This document shows, in pieces, positions 19,132 to 29,459 of a stretch of 64,000 nucleotides of DNA. The stretch is from an uncultured delta proteobacterium (lineage in GTDB: Bacteria; Myxococcota_A; Polyangia; Polyangiales; Houyiibacteriaceae), in assembly GCA_963699755.1 (NCBI GenBank), contig CAVOVB010000005.1:231831-295830 (forward strand), given 5' to 3'. The notes beneath the pieces were generated by a model that saw nothing but the letters and a program-made list of their open reading frames with translations, had not been told where the DNA came from and ran no database searches. Within the stretch, counting starts at the first letter, position 1; each line of letters opens with the position of its first letter. Both the position numbers and the translations under genes were made by a program.

Positions 19132-19656
19132 GTGACGAGCAACGAGCTAAGTAAGAACGATACCCCGGTCGTCGCAATATTGACGGGTAGCCCGAGCGAC
19201 CTTCCGGTCGTTCTCAAGGGTCGCGACGTTCTCGACGGCCTCGGCATCCCTAGCGACGTGCGCGTTCTATCCGCGCACCGGACGCCGCAGCAGACAGCTC
19301 AGTACATTGCAGCTGCTGAGAAGCTCGGCGTCGAAGTCTTCATCGCCTGTGCAGGAATGGCCGCCCACCTCGCCGGAGTGGTCGCCGCTCACACAACTCG
19401 GCCCGTCATCGGCGTTCCGATCGCCGCTGGGGCGCTTCAGGGTATGGACGCCCTGCTGGCCACGGTCCAAATGCCCCCTGGCGTTCCAGTCGCCACAGTC
19501 GGGATCGACGGCGCGAAGAACGCAGCCTTCCTGGCGGCGCGAATCGTTGCCCTGATGCACCCAGAGGTTCGGGGTCGCCTCCTCGAAGATCTCGAAGAGA
19601 GCCGGAAGCGCTACGATTCGCCCGACCCTTCGACCCCGGGCCAAGCAGCGACTTGA
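19132..19656 (+). CDS. purE: N5-CAIR mutase
   Basis: GSPSD, SAHRTP, AGMAAHL and QMPPGVPVATV motifs. Confidence 0.96.
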   Translation: MTSNELSKNDTPVVAILTGSPSDLPVVLKGRDVLDGLGIPSDVRVLSAHRTPQQTAQYIAAAEKLGVEVFIACAGMAAHLAGVVAAHTTRPVIGVPIAAGALQGMDALLATVQMPPGVPVATVGIDGAKNAAFLAARIVALMHPEVRGRLLEDLEESRKRYDSPDPSTPGQAAT

Positions 19657-19698
19657 CGCTCGAGGCCGTGATCCTTATGCGCTCCTAGTAAGCCTGCC

Positions 19699-20871
19699 AT
19701 GTCGCTCGGTCGCATCCTCATTTTCCTGGGCGTCATCTCCGGCCTGACGATCGGAACCCACTACTACCTTTGGGCTCGCCTGATCCGCGACCCGATGTGG
19801 CCCCCGCCCTGGCGCCCCGTTGCCACGATCGCGCTCGTTCTCCTCGCGCTGTCGATTCCGGCATCGATGTTGGCGTGGCGCACCCTGCCACGTAATCTCG
19901 CACTTCCGATCTCCTGGGTTGGCTACGTCTGGATGGGCTCTATGTTCCTATTGCTCGTCCTGCTCTGGGGTGGCGAGCTCGCGCGTTGGAGCTGGGTCAA
20001 GTACGCGAGCATCGCCGCGGTCGACGGCGGGCGACGTGAGTTCCTCGCTCAGTTGCTCGCAGGTGGCGTGGGCGCGTTCGGGCTCGCCCTGTCCGGCTGG
20101 GGCGTTTGGTCCGCGATTCGGCCAGTCGAAGTGAAGCGCGTCGCCGTCCGGCTCCGGAAGCTGCCCGGCGCTCTCAACGGGCTTCGTCTCGTTCAGCTCA
20201 CCGACATGCACGTTGGCCTCACGATCGGTCGCGATTTCGTCGAAGACGTCGTTCGCAAGGTCAACGCGCTCGAGCCAGACATCGTGGCGATTACCGGCGA
20301 TCTGATCGACGGCTCGGTCGAAGACCTGGGCCCCGCGGTGGCCCCCCTCGGCGAGATTCGCGCGAAGCTCGGGACCTATTTCGTCACTGGAAACCACGAA
20401 TACTATTCCGGCGCGGACTCCTGGTTGGCGTTCCTGCGAGGCATCGGGATCAAAGCCCTTCGGAACGAGCACGTGGAGCTCACGATGAACGGAGAGGCCA
20501 TCCACCTGGCCGGCGTCGACGACTGGACCGCGCATCGGTTTGGGAACGGTCACGGCTCGGACATTGAGCGGGCGATGGCCGGGCGCGACGCTAGCAAGCC
20601 GATCGTCCTCTTGGCGCACCAGCCGGTACATTTCGGCGAGGCCTGCGCACATGGAGTGGACCTTCAAATTTCCGGACACACGCACGGCGGCCAGATTTTT
20701 CCTTTCGGCTTTCTCACTCGCCTCGTGCAGCCGTTTGTCTCGGGCCTGCATCGCCGAGGCGACTCCCAGATCTACGTCAGCTCGGGCACCGGCTATTGGG
20801 GGCCTCCCATGCGCATCGCGGCGCCCGCGGAAATCACCCTCATCGAGCTCGACCAGGACTCGCTCGTCTAG
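19699..20871 (+). CDS. Membrane-anchored calcineurin-like metallophosphoesterase (YkuE/YaeI-like)
   Basis: N-terminal TM segments; DMH, GDLID, GNHE and GHTHGGQ motifs. Confidence 0.9.
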   Translation: MSLGRILIFLGVISGLTIGTHYYLWARLIRDPMWPPPWRPVATIALVLLALSIPASMLAWRTLPRNLALPISWVGYVWMGSMFLLLVLLWGGELARWSWVKYASIAAVDGGRREFLAQLLAGGVGAFGLALSGWGVWSAIRPVEVKRVAVRLRKLPGALNGLRLVQLTDMHVGLTIGRDFVEDVVRKVNALEPDIVAITGDLIDGSVEDLGPAVAPLGEIRAKLGTYFVTGNHEYYSGADSWLAFLRGIGIKALRNEHVELTMNGEAIHLAGVDDWTAHRFGNGHGSDIERAMAGRDASKPIVLLAHQPVHFGEACAHGVDLQISGHTHGGQIFPFGFLTRLVQPFVSGLHRRGDSQIYVSSGTGYWGPPMRIAAPAEITLIELDQDSLV

Positions 20872-20892
20872 CCGTCCGGGCGTTGGGCGGAG

Positions 20893-21798
20893 CTAGAGGA
20901 GCGAACGAAGCGTGGGCTCGAGGCTCGTGTCCTTCCAGCGAAAACCGTGTGAGTGAAGCGAGGCCGGAACGACGCGCGACCCGGCGAGAAGCATCTCGTC
21001 CGCCATGTCCGTGCCAAGGCCGAACCGGAGTGCGAACTTCGGGACCGGGAAAAAGGTCGGACGCTTGAGAACACGGCCCAGGGTAGCGGTGAAGTCAGCG
21101 TTGCTGACCGGCGTGGGCGAGACGAAGTTGACTGGGCCTTCGAGCTCGTCGCGCTCCAAGGCAAAGATCAGGGCCGAGACCAAGTCTTCCAAGCTGATCC
21201 AGCTCATGTACTGGCTTCCGTCGCCAATGCGCCCGCCGACGCCGAGTAAGAACGGGAACTTCATTTTGGCGAGCGCCCCACCCTCGGCCGAAAGCACGAT
21301 GCCGATACGTGGATGCACGACGCGGATTCCGGCTTCGCGGGCCGGCCCGGCAGCGGCTTCCCATTCGCCACAGACGGACGCCAGAAATCCCGAGCCCTGG
21401 GTAGCGGTCTCGTCGAGCACCTCGTCGCCACGGTCGCCGTAGTACCCGATTGCCGATGCCGAAACCAAGACCCGCGGTTTCGGCGAAAGCTCCGCGAGGG
21501 CCTTCGCGAGCAGGGCCGTTCCACGCACCCGGCTATCGCGAATTCGCGCCTTCTTCGCTTCGGTCCAGCGACCAGATGCAACATTGTCGCCGGCAAGGTG
21601 AATCGCCCCGGTCACGCCACCGAGGCCTTCACGGTCGATTGTTCCGCCTTCGGGATCCCAACGAACCTCGCGGTCCGTCCTCGGTGCGCGCCTCACCAAG
21701 CAGACGACCTCGTAGCCGCTGCGCCGAAGTGTCGGCACGAGCTCGCTGCCGACGAGCCCTGAAGCCCCAGTAACCGCAATTTTATCGCGCTCGGCCAT
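20893..21798 (-). CDS. TIGR01777 family epimerase/oxidoreductase (YfcH-like)
   Basis: TGASGLVG, SASAIGYYG, RIGIVL and GSQYMSWI motifs. Confidence 0.9.
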   Translation of the reverse strand: MAERDKIAVTGASGLVGSELVPTLRRSGYEVVCLVRRAPRTDREVRWDPEGGTIDREGLGGVTGAIHLAGDNVASGRWTEAKKARIRDSRVRGTALLAKALAELSPKPRVLVSASAIGYYGDRGDEVLDETATQGSGFLASVCGEWEAAAGPAREAGIRVVHPRIGIVLSAEGGALAKMKFPFLLGVGGRIGDGSQYMSWISLEDLVSALIFALERDELEGPVNFVSPTPVSNADFTATLGRVLKRPTFFPVPKFALRFGLGTDMADEMLLAGSRVVPASLHSHGFRWKDTSLEPTLRSLL

Positions 21799-21886
21799 GG
21801 CAGGCTAATCCTGTACCAAGCGAGTCGCGAAGCAAGCTGGTTTTACACATGGCCGTCGGGGCCAACAGTCGCTATGGTCCAGCACT

Positions 21887-23290
21887 TTGCGAATTCTCTT
21901 CATCGCCCCTCAAGCGTTCACCTCGACTCGAGACGCACAGGACGTGGTCACCTTGGCCAAAGTGATGCGTCGCGCGGACCACGCGGTCGACCTCCTGTCT
22001 CCGCTCTACGGTCACATCGACACCGTGAAGCTCGCCCTCGCTCGCCGTCTCACCAAGCTCGAGCTCGAGCTCGGGGGAAGATCGTGGTCCTGCGAGCTGT
22101 ACACCGGGCGCAACCCGGACGGCGTGGGCTTGACCTTCATTGGCAACGAAGAGATCCTCTTGTCAGCGGATTCACTCAGCGGCGAGGGAGAGCAGCTCGA
22201 CGCATCGAGGGTGGGCGTCTTTGCGGTCGCAGCCACTGAGCTAATTCGGCAGAGCGCGGACAGCTATGACATCGTTCACGGTCACGGCTGGGCCGCCGGC
22301 GCGGTCATCGCACGGCTGCGGGCGGAGCTTCCCGACCTACCGACGGTATTGACGGTCTACGACGCCACCGAACAAGGTCGCTTCGATTCGGCCGATGCCG
22401 ACTGGCTCGGGCTCGGCGAGCTAGCCCGTGACGACGACGGCATCTCGGTCTTGAAAGCTGGTCTCCTGAGCGCCGATCGCGTCACGACCCTCTCCCCCAA
22501 CTATGCGCATCGACTGCAACGCCCTGACAGTGAAAACCGATTGAGCGAGGTGTTCCGCGAAATCGGACCCAAGCTGACGGGCGTGCGTCACGGGATCGAC
22601 CCCGCATTCTGGAACCCAGCAACCGACGGGCATCTCCCCGCCCGATTCGATCCGTTCGACATGGACGGGAAGGACAAGTGCAAAGCCGAGCTCCAGCACG
22701 ACCTGACCCTACCCGTGCGAAACGATGTGCCGCTGTTTGGTGCTATTGGGCATGTGGACGACGAAGGCATGGCTCTGCTCGCCAAAATCGGGCCTGATTT
22801 CTTGCGCAACGACGTCCAACTCGTGGTGCAACTCGAAGGCGACGGCGAGCTGGTCGCGATCTACGAAGAGCTTTGGGACCAGTGGCCGGACCGCATCCAG
22901 ATCAAGACGGGCAACGACGAAGCGTTTCGGCACGTGCTGATTGGAGCGAGCGACTTCATCGTGGTGCCTGGTAGCGAAGCGCCTTCAGACAACATCCAGA
23001 TGCTGGCGCAGCGCTATGGCGCTTTGCCGATCGTCCACCGTGACGGCGGCCTGGCCGACGAGGTGGTCGACTGCGAAGCCTCTCTCAAGACGGGCTCGGG
23101 CCTTCTCTACGACGAGCCGACCACGAGGTCGCTGCTCGCAGCGCTGCAACGGGCGGCAGCGGCGTTCGCGAACAACAAGGCCTTCGGCGAGCTGCAGAGC
23201 AGAGTGATGTGTCTAGACCACTCCTGGGAGCGCACGACCCGACTCTACGAGCGAGCCTATCGCGAGGCGATCGCCGCGCACCGCGGCTAG
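21887..23290 (+). CDS. Glycogen synthase (GT5)-like protein, predicted catalytically degenerate
   Basis: GlgA scaffold motifs present (LKAGL, TTLSPNYA, GID...WNPATD, K..CK..LQ, RYGALP, GGLAD), but KTGGL, HDW, THN, RxxxQKG and EPCG are absent. Confidence 0.8.
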   Translation: MRILFIAPQAFTSTRDAQDVVTLAKVMRRADHAVDLLSPLYGHIDTVKLALARRLTKLELELGGRSWSCELYTGRNPDGVGLTFIGNEEILLSADSLSGEGEQLDASRVGVFAVAATELIRQSADSYDIVHGHGWAAGAVIARLRAELPDLPTVLTVYDATEQGRFDSADADWLGLGELARDDDGISVLKAGLLSADRVTTLSPNYAHRLQRPDSENRLSEVFREIGPKLTGVRHGIDPAFWNPATDGHLPARFDPFDMDGKDKCKAELQHDLTLPVRNDVPLFGAIGHVDDEGMALLAKIGPDFLRNDVQLVVQLEGDGELVAIYEELWDQWPDRIQIKTGNDEAFRHVLIGASDFIVVPGSEAPSDNIQMLAQRYGALPIVHRDGGLADEVVDCEASLKTGSGLLYDEPTTRSLLAALQRAAAAFANNKAFGELQSRVMCLDHSWERTTRLYERAYREAIAAHRG

Positions 23291-24009
23291 CGCGAAGCTC
23301 CGATTTTCTGCGCTTGGTCGGGGAGCTTAGCGTCGCTTGGGCGAAGGTAGTCGGGCTCGAGCGTGTCTAGGTCAGATGGGCCACTGATACGGAAGCTGTA
23401 CTGCACTTCGGCTGCGATCGCCTTTGGCGTCGGTGCGTGGAGGCTCATCTGCACCTCGTCGAGCTGCACGCAGAGGATGCTCTCGAGGAGCTCGGCATGA
23501 GGACGGACCCCTTCGCCACCGACGGAGACCGGACGGTCGCCTAGGCGATCTCGGATTTGCTGGAAGACGAGCTCCGGCGGTCCAAAGACTGGAGCCGCGA
23601 GCTCCTCGACCACGGCCCCGCCAAACAGGTATGCCGCCGAGAACACATCCCCTCGATATCCCCTCATCACGGGCACGCGAACCCTGACTTCCTCGCCTTC
23701 AATCGCCCTGGCGAGCAGACGGAGGGAGCTCAGTCCGACGATCGGCAGCCCAAGCCCGAAGGCCAGCCCTTTCGCGGTCCCGAGGCCCACGCGCAAGCTC
23801 GTAAATCTGCCGGGCCCGATGTCGACACCAATGAGAGAAAGCTCCTCGCGAGAGACCGCGGCTTCCGCCATTGCCGATTCGATGTGGCCGAAAAGGTTCT
23901 CCCCGTGGCGACCTTGTGAGCGCCAACGCGCAGAGGTGAATCTGCCGTCTTCGCGAACGACGACGACGGTTCCGTACTCGGTTGCGGTGTCGATGCAGAG
24001 GGTCGTCAT
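23287..24009 (-). CDS. tsaB: t6A biosynthesis protein TsaB
   Basis: LCIDTAT, GPGRFTSLRVG and C-terminal LEPDYLR motifs. Confidence 0.9.
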   Translation of the reverse strand: MTTLCIDTATEYGTVVVVREDGRFTSARWRSQGRHGENLFGHIESAMAEAAVSREELSLIGVDIGPGRFTSLRVGLGTAKGLAFGLGLPIVGLSSLRLLARAIEGEEVRVRVPVMRGYRGDVFSAAYLFGGAVVEELAAPVFGPPELVFQQIRDRLGDRPVSVGGEGVRPHAELLESILCVQLDEVQMSLHAPTPKAIAAEVQYSFRISGPSDLDTLEPDYLRPSDAKLPDQAQKIGASR

Positions 24010-24097
24010 GGGCTCGCTTGACGCATGCCTACCCGCAGACTAGCGTCCGCGCCAGCGAAGTGCCCTGCCCGCGCTGCTTGTCGCTAGTCCCGCACGA

Positions 24098-24823
24098 ATG
24101 AGCAAACAAAGAAACAAAGCAGCTTCGGAGGGGGCGAGGAAGCACGAGGGCTGGAAGGCGAATCTCCTAACGATCGGCGGCGCGCTCTTGTTGGCTCTAT
24201 TCATCAGAATCACCCTGTTCGAAGCCTTTGCCATCGACGGCCCCTCGATGGAGCCCACTTTGCTCGACGGGGACCGGGTCGTCGTCGCGAAGTACCCGTT
24301 TGGCCTCTTCCTCCCCTTCACAAACCAAGCGGCGGTAAACTGGGGCGGTCCGGACCCTGGTGACGTGATCATCCTGCACAGCCCTGCTGACAATGAGGAC
24401 ATCGTGAAGCGCGTCATTGGCGTCGGCGGGGACGAGATTCTGATTCGCGACGGCAAGATCTTTCGCAACGGCGAGGTGCTGCAGACCGTCGACGTCGGCC
24501 CCTGCTCGCTCGAGGAACAGAAGAACCTCGACCCGACCTGCAGGGTCTACCAAGAGACTCTCGACGGCGATCCGCACAGGATCAGCCACTCGAAGCACGA
24601 CTTTCCGCTCGACCGCCTTCCGCTCAAGGTGCCCGAAGGCCATGTCTACGTACTCGGCGATCACAGAGACAGCTCCAACGACAGCCGCAACCCCTTGATC
24701 GGCGCGGTCCCGAACTCACGCATCAAGGGCAAGTCTTTGTTCATCTACATGTCGTGGAAGAACACGCGAGACTCCCTGCCGGAACGCATTCGCTGGTCTC
24801 GCGTAGGAAGCGCCGTCGACTAA
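24098..24823 (+). CDS. lepB: Signal peptidase I
   Basis: SMEPTL (catalytic Ser), VKRVIG (Lys) and GDHRDSSNDSR motifs. Confidence 0.95.
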   Translation: MSKQRNKAASEGARKHEGWKANLLTIGGALLLALFIRITLFEAFAIDGPSMEPTLLDGDRVVVAKYPFGLFLPFTNQAAVNWGGPDPGDVIILHSPADNEDIVKRVIGVGGDEILIRDGKIFRNGEVLQTVDVGPCSLEEQKNLDPTCRVYQETLDGDPHRISHSKHDFPLDRLPLKVPEGHVYVLGDHRDSSNDSRNPLIGAVPNSRIKGKSLFIYMSWKNTRDSLPERIRWSRVGSAVD

Positions 24824-24850
24824 GCGCGCGACCAGCCTTAGGCTAGCGGA

Positions 24851-26356
24851 ATGAGTGACCTCAAGGGCGAGATCCTCGGGCAGATGCGCGACGAGATCGG
24901 CACGATCGACAAGGACGCTCCGGAAGCGGTCGCCCTGCTCTATCCGAGCCCGTACCGCGTAGGAATGTCGTCACTCGGCTATCAGACCATCTACCGCTCG
25001 ATCAACGAGACAGAAGGACGGGCCGCGCACCGGGCGTTTCTGCCCGATGACCTCGAAGCCTGGAAGGGAGCGCACAGCCCCCTCGTCACCTATGAGAAGC
25101 TGCGCCCGGTCTCCGACTACCCGGTCATCGCGGTCTCGGTGGCCTATGAGACCGAGTTGGCCGGCCTGGTTCAATGTATGGAGCTGGCCGGCATCCCGCC
25201 CTTGGCGGAGGACCGTAGTGCGCAGCATCCGTTCATCCTCGCGGGCGGGCCGCTGACGTTCAGCAATCCACTTCCGCTCGCTCCTTTCGTCGACGCAATC
25301 GTCATGGGCGAAGCAGACCAGTCGGTGCACGCCGTCCTCGATGTGATTTTCGGATCGGATTCCAAGGACAGCGCGATTGGCAGCCTGAGCGCTCACGCTC
25401 ACGTTTTCGTGCCGCGCGTGCATGGCGACGCCCTCCCAGCGATCGACAAGGCCGACAGCGCCACGCTTCCCGCGTACTCGCAGATCATCACGCCACACAC
25501 CGAGCTTCGGAACATGTTCCTCATCGAGCCAGAGCGCGGCTGCCATCGTGGCTGCACTTACTGCGTGATGCGCCGTTCCACGAATGACGGCATGCGGATC
25601 GTGAAAATGGACCGCATTTTGTCGTTGATCCCGGATCAGGCAAAACGCGTCGGCCTCGTCGGCGCCGCAACGACGGACCACCCGCAGATCACCGATTTGG
25701 TCAATGCCCTCGCGGACTCTGGACGAGAGGTCGGCCTATCCTCGCTGCGAGCGGATCGCTTGAACGACGAGCTCGTCGCCGCACTTCGCAGAGGCGGCCA
25801 TCGAGTGCTCACCACGGCGAGCGATGGAGCCAGCCAACGCATGCGCGACGTCATTCAGCGCAAGACCAGCGCGGAGCAGCTCCGGCAAGCCGCGAGGCTC
25901 GCGCGTCGTCACGGCATGAAGCGCTTGAAGCTCTACGTGATGGTTGGTCTCCCCGACGAGACAGATGAGGACATCGATGAGCTGATCGCGTTCTCTAGAG
26001 AGCTGTCCTCGCTGATCCCACTCTCGCTCGGCGTGGCGCCCTTCGTCGCGAAACGGAACACCCCGCTCGACGGCGCACCATTTGCGGGCATGCCCCTGAT
26101 CGAGGCGCGGCTTCGTCGGCTTCGTCGCGGGGTTCGAGGCCGCGTGGACCTTCGCGCCACCAGCGCCCGCTGGGCCTGGGTGGAATACGTGCTGGCCCAG
26201 GGGGGACGTGCTGAAGGCCGTGCGGTGCTGGATGCGGTTCACGCGGGAGGCCGCTTCTCCGACTGGCAGCGCGCGTTCCGTGCGCTCCCTGAGGAGCGTC
26301 CGCGTCGGCTGCTCGTTCGCCCGGGCGACCGCCTAGGCCGCGCGAGCGCCGGCTAA
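24851..26356 (+). CDS. Radical SAM protein (TIGR03960-like, N-terminal B12-binding-like region)
   Basis: YRVGMSSLG, CHRGCTYC, SSLRAD and KLYVMVGLP motifs. Confidence 0.85.
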   Translation: MSDLKGEILGQMRDEIGTIDKDAPEAVALLYPSPYRVGMSSLGYQTIYRSINETEGRAAHRAFLPDDLEAWKGAHSPLVTYEKLRPVSDYPVIAVSVAYETELAGLVQCMELAGIPPLAEDRSAQHPFILAGGPLTFSNPLPLAPFVDAIVMGEADQSVHAVLDVIFGSDSKDSAIGSLSAHAHVFVPRVHGDALPAIDKADSATLPAYSQIITPHTELRNMFLIEPERGCHRGCTYCVMRRSTNDGMRIVKMDRILSLIPDQAKRVGLVGAATTDHPQITDLVNALADSGREVGLSSLRADRLNDELVAALRRGGHRVLTTASDGASQRMRDVIQRKTSAEQLRQAARLARRHGMKRLKLYVMVGLPDETDEDIDELIAFSRELSSLIPLSLGVAPFVAKRNTPLDGAPFAGMPLIEARLRRLRRGVRGRVDLRATSARWAWVEYVLAQGGRAEGRAVLDAVHAGGRFSDWQRAFRALPEERPRRLLVRPGDRLGRASAG

Positions 26357-27840
26357 CTGATGAAGCTCGAAGCCGCCGAAACCGCCCAGTCGAGATAGCG
26401 GCCCGGCGTCACACCCATCTTCACCACGTAGTATCCGGCCAAGACCAGCGCGGCGACGACGTAGATCGACTGCATGGGAACGGCGATGGGCTGGCCCTCT
26501 TCCGGCTCTCGCATGTACAGGTACACGATGACCTTGAGATAGTAATAGGCGCCAACCGCGCTCGCGAGGACGCCGAGAACCGCCAGCCAGACCATGGGCC
26601 CACCGGCCTGCACGGCGGCGCTGAAGACGTAGTACTTAGCGAAAAAGCCGGCGGTGGGCGGCATCCCGAGCAACGAAAGAACGCCGATGACGAAGGGGAA
26701 CGCGGCGATTGGATGCCGGCGGCCCGCGCCGGCGAGGTCATCATAGCTCACAGCTTCCTTGCCCTTGGAGCCCATCAAGATCAGCGACCCGAAGGCGAGC
26801 ACGTTCGAGACGGTGTACGCCGCAATGTAGAAGAGCACCGAGCTCACAGCAAACGAGCCGACCTGGTAAGCCGCCGCGAGGCCGACGAGAATGTACCCCG
26901 CGTGAGCGATCGAGGAGTAAGCCAACATGCGCTTGACGCTGCTTTGGACGAGCGCCGCGAGGTTGCCGAAGACCATCGTCGCGATCGCAAGGAGCACGAT
27001 GACTGGCGTCCAGCCCGTATAGAGGCCCATGCTGGCCGGGTCGCCAAATGCGCCAACCAGTACGCGAACCAGGACCGCTACGGCGGCCGCTTTGACGCTC
27101 ACGGACATGAAGGTGGTGACCGGTGTGGCGGCACCCTCGTAGGAATCTGGCACCCACATGTGGAAGGGCACCGCGCCGAGCTTGAACGCCAAGCCGGTGA
27201 TCAGCAGAACCAGAGCGAGCACGGTGAGCGCCGCATCGGCGTCCCCAGCGGAGACGACCTCCCGGATGCCAGCCAGGTCGGTGTGACCGGTGGCGCCATA
27301 GAGTAAGGCGCTGCCAAAGAGCAGAATCGCAGCCGCAAAGGAACCGAGAAGGAAGTACTTCACCGCGCCTTCGACCGCGCGAGCGCTGGTCCGGCGGTAG
27401 GCGACCAAGGCGTAGGCCCCGAGGGACATCGTCTCGAGGCCGAGGAAGATGCTCAGCAAATCGACTGCGCGAGCGAGCACCATGGCGCCGAAGGCAGTGA
27501 AGACCATGAGCACGTAGAACTCGCCTCTCTCGAAACCGTGCTCGCGCAAATAGCCACCCGCGAGCAGCGTGGAGAGGCCGGCTCCAACACAAATGACGAC
27601 GTCGAAGAACAGGCCGAGCCGGTCGACTGCGAGGTACCGGGTCACGAGCTCCGGGGCAGCCGGAACATCACCGCCGACGAGCATGGAGCCTGCGAGGGCA
27701 GCTCCGGCAAACAGCGAAGCCGCCGTGACCAGAGCGAGCTCGGAGCGCTCCGAGCTAAAGGCATCGAGGATCATGAGCGCGAGCCCTGCGCCGACGAGCA
27801 AAAGCAGAGGCGACACTCCGACGAGGGCACCCGCAGTCAT
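26353..27840 (-). CDS. nuoN: NADH-quinone oxidoreductase subunit N
   Basis: EGAVKYF, FKLGAVPFHMWVPD and KRMLAYSSIAH motifs; ATG overlaps the nuoM stop. Confidence 0.95.
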   Translation of the reverse strand: MTAGALVGVSPLLLLVGAGLALMILDAFSSERSELALVTAASLFAGAALAGSMLVGGDVPAAPELVTRYLAVDRLGLFFDVVICVGAGLSTLLAGGYLREHGFERGEFYVLMVFTAFGAMVLARAVDLLSIFLGLETMSLGAYALVAYRRTSARAVEGAVKYFLLGSFAAAILLFGSALLYGATGHTDLAGIREVVSAGDADAALTVLALVLLITGLAFKLGAVPFHMWVPDSYEGAATPVTTFMSVSVKAAAVAVLVRVLVGAFGDPASMGLYTGWTPVIVLLAIATMVFGNLAALVQSSVKRMLAYSSIAHAGYILVGLAAAYQVGSFAVSSVLFYIAAYTVSNVLAFGSLILMGSKGKEAVSYDDLAGAGRRHPIAAFPFVIGVLSLLGMPPTAGFFAKYYVFSAAVQAGGPMVWLAVLGVLASAVGAYYYLKVIVYLYMREPEEGQPIAVPMQSIYVVAALVLAGYYVVKMGVTPGRYLDWAVSAASSFIS

Positions 27841-29459
27841 CGATTCGCCTCCTCGTCCATTGGCGGCGCAATGGCAAGCGCGCTTTCCGCCTGACGCTTC
27901 AGCATGTCGAGGTCGACCAGACGGGGTTCGGTGGTCCTGCGGCCTTCCTCGTACCGAACGGTGAAGTCGGCCACGAAGGCGTCCACCGCGGGGTTCATCT
28001 TGTCGAGGAAGAACTTCGGGTAGAGACCGATCCAAAAAACCATCAAAAGGAGCGGCAGAAGGGATACGACCTCCCGTCGATTGAGATCGCTGAGCGACTC
28101 GTTTTCGCTGTGCACCACTTTGCCCCAGAAGATGCGCAGCACCGCGTGTAACATGTACACGGCCGCGAAGATGACGCCGGTGGCGGCGAGGAGCGTCATG
28201 ACGAACCAGGACGAGCCAAAGCCGATCGACGAGCGGGAGAAGAACGAACCCGCAAGAATCATGAACTCGCCGACGAAGCCGTTCGTGCCCGGGAGCCCGA
28301 TCGAGCTCATCGTGATGATCACGAAGACCAAGGTGTATATGGGCATCACCTTCGCCAGCCCGCCGAAATCGTCGAGCAAACGGGAGTGCCGGCGATCGTA
28401 GATCGCGCCGACCAAGAGGAAGAGCGCGCCGGTCGAGATGCCGTGGTTGATCATCTGCAGCACGGCGCCCGAGATGCCGTTCCGGTTCATCGCGAAGAGG
28501 CCGAGCAAAATGAAGCCCATATGGCTGACCGAGCTATACGCCACGAGTTTCTTCAGATCGCGCTGCACCCAGGCAGCATACGCGCCGTAAATGATGCCGA
28601 CGACGCCGAGACCGGCTAGCACCGGGCCGATGACCTGGCTCGCCACCGGGAACATGGGCATCGCGAACCGGATGAAACCGTAGATGCCGAGCTTCAGGAG
28701 AACGGCTGCGAGGATGACCGAGCCTCCAGTTGGAGCCTGAACGTGCGCATCGGGCAACCAAGTGTGAAACGGGAACATCGGAACCTTGATCGCGAACGCC
28801 AACGCGAACGCCGAGAACAGGAGGTACTGAGGCATCGCCGGCAGGACCAAGGTGGAGAGCTCTTGGAGGTCGAAGCTGTAGTGCCCGGCGAGCTCCCTGT
28901 AGCTCGCGGTCAGGTAGAGGATGGCGACCAGCATGAGTAGGCTACCAGCCATCGTGTAGATGAAGAACTTCACCGCCGCGTAGACGCGATCCTTCCCGCC
29001 CCAGACGCCGATGATCAGGTACATCGGCACCAGCATCAGCTCCCAGAAGACGTAAAACAGGAAGAGGTCGAGCGCGAGGAACGCACCAAGCATGCCCAGC
29101 TCGAGGAGCAAGAACGAAAAGGCGTACTCTTTGATGCGGCTCGTGACGCTCCCCCAAGATGCATAGAGCGCAATCGGCGAGAGCAAAGTCGTGAGGATCA
29201 CCAGCCAGAGCGAGATGCCGTCGACGCCGACTTTGTACGAAATTCCAAACGACTCGATCCAAGGCATCTGTTCGATGAAGCGATATCCGGCTTCAGAGTA
29301 GTCCGCGAGAATCAAGCGAAGGCTGACGATGAGCTCGACCAACATCGCGCCAATCGAGAAGCGCTTGATCCCGGTTTCCCACGTTCTAGGCAGCAGAAGC
29401 ACGACGACGGCGCTGATCGCGGGAATGGCGAGAAGCCAACTGAGTAAGTGCGTCGTCAC
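27837..29459 (-). CDS. nuoM: NADH-quinone oxidoreductase subunit M
   Basis: FWELMLVP, HTWLPDAHVQAPT and GLPGTNGFVGE motifs. Confidence 0.95.
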   Translation of the reverse strand: MTTHLLSWLLAIPAISAVVVLLLPRTWETGIKRFSIGAMLVELIVSLRLILADYSEAGYRFIEQMPWIESFGISYKVGVDGISLWLVILTTLLSPIALYASWGSVTSRIKEYAFSFLLLELGMLGAFLALDLFLFYVFWELMLVPMYLIIGVWGGKDRVYAAVKFFIYTMAGSLLMLVAILYLTASYRELAGHYSFDLQELSTLVLPAMPQYLLFSAFALAFAIKVPMFPFHTWLPDAHVQAPTGGSVILAAVLLKLGIYGFIRFAMPMFPVASQVIGPVLAGLGVVGIIYGAYAAWVQRDLKKLVAYSSVSHMGFILLGLFAMNRNGISGAVLQMINHGISTGALFLLVGAIYDRRHSRLLDDFGGLAKVMPIYTLVFVIITMSSIGLPGTNGFVGEFMILAGSFFSRSSIGFGSSWFVMTLLAATGVIFAAVYMLHAVLRIFWGKVVHSENESLSDLNRREVVSLLPLLLMVFWIGLYPKFFLDKMNPAVDAFVADFTVRYEEGRRTTEPRLVDLDMLKRQAESALAIAPPMDEEANR

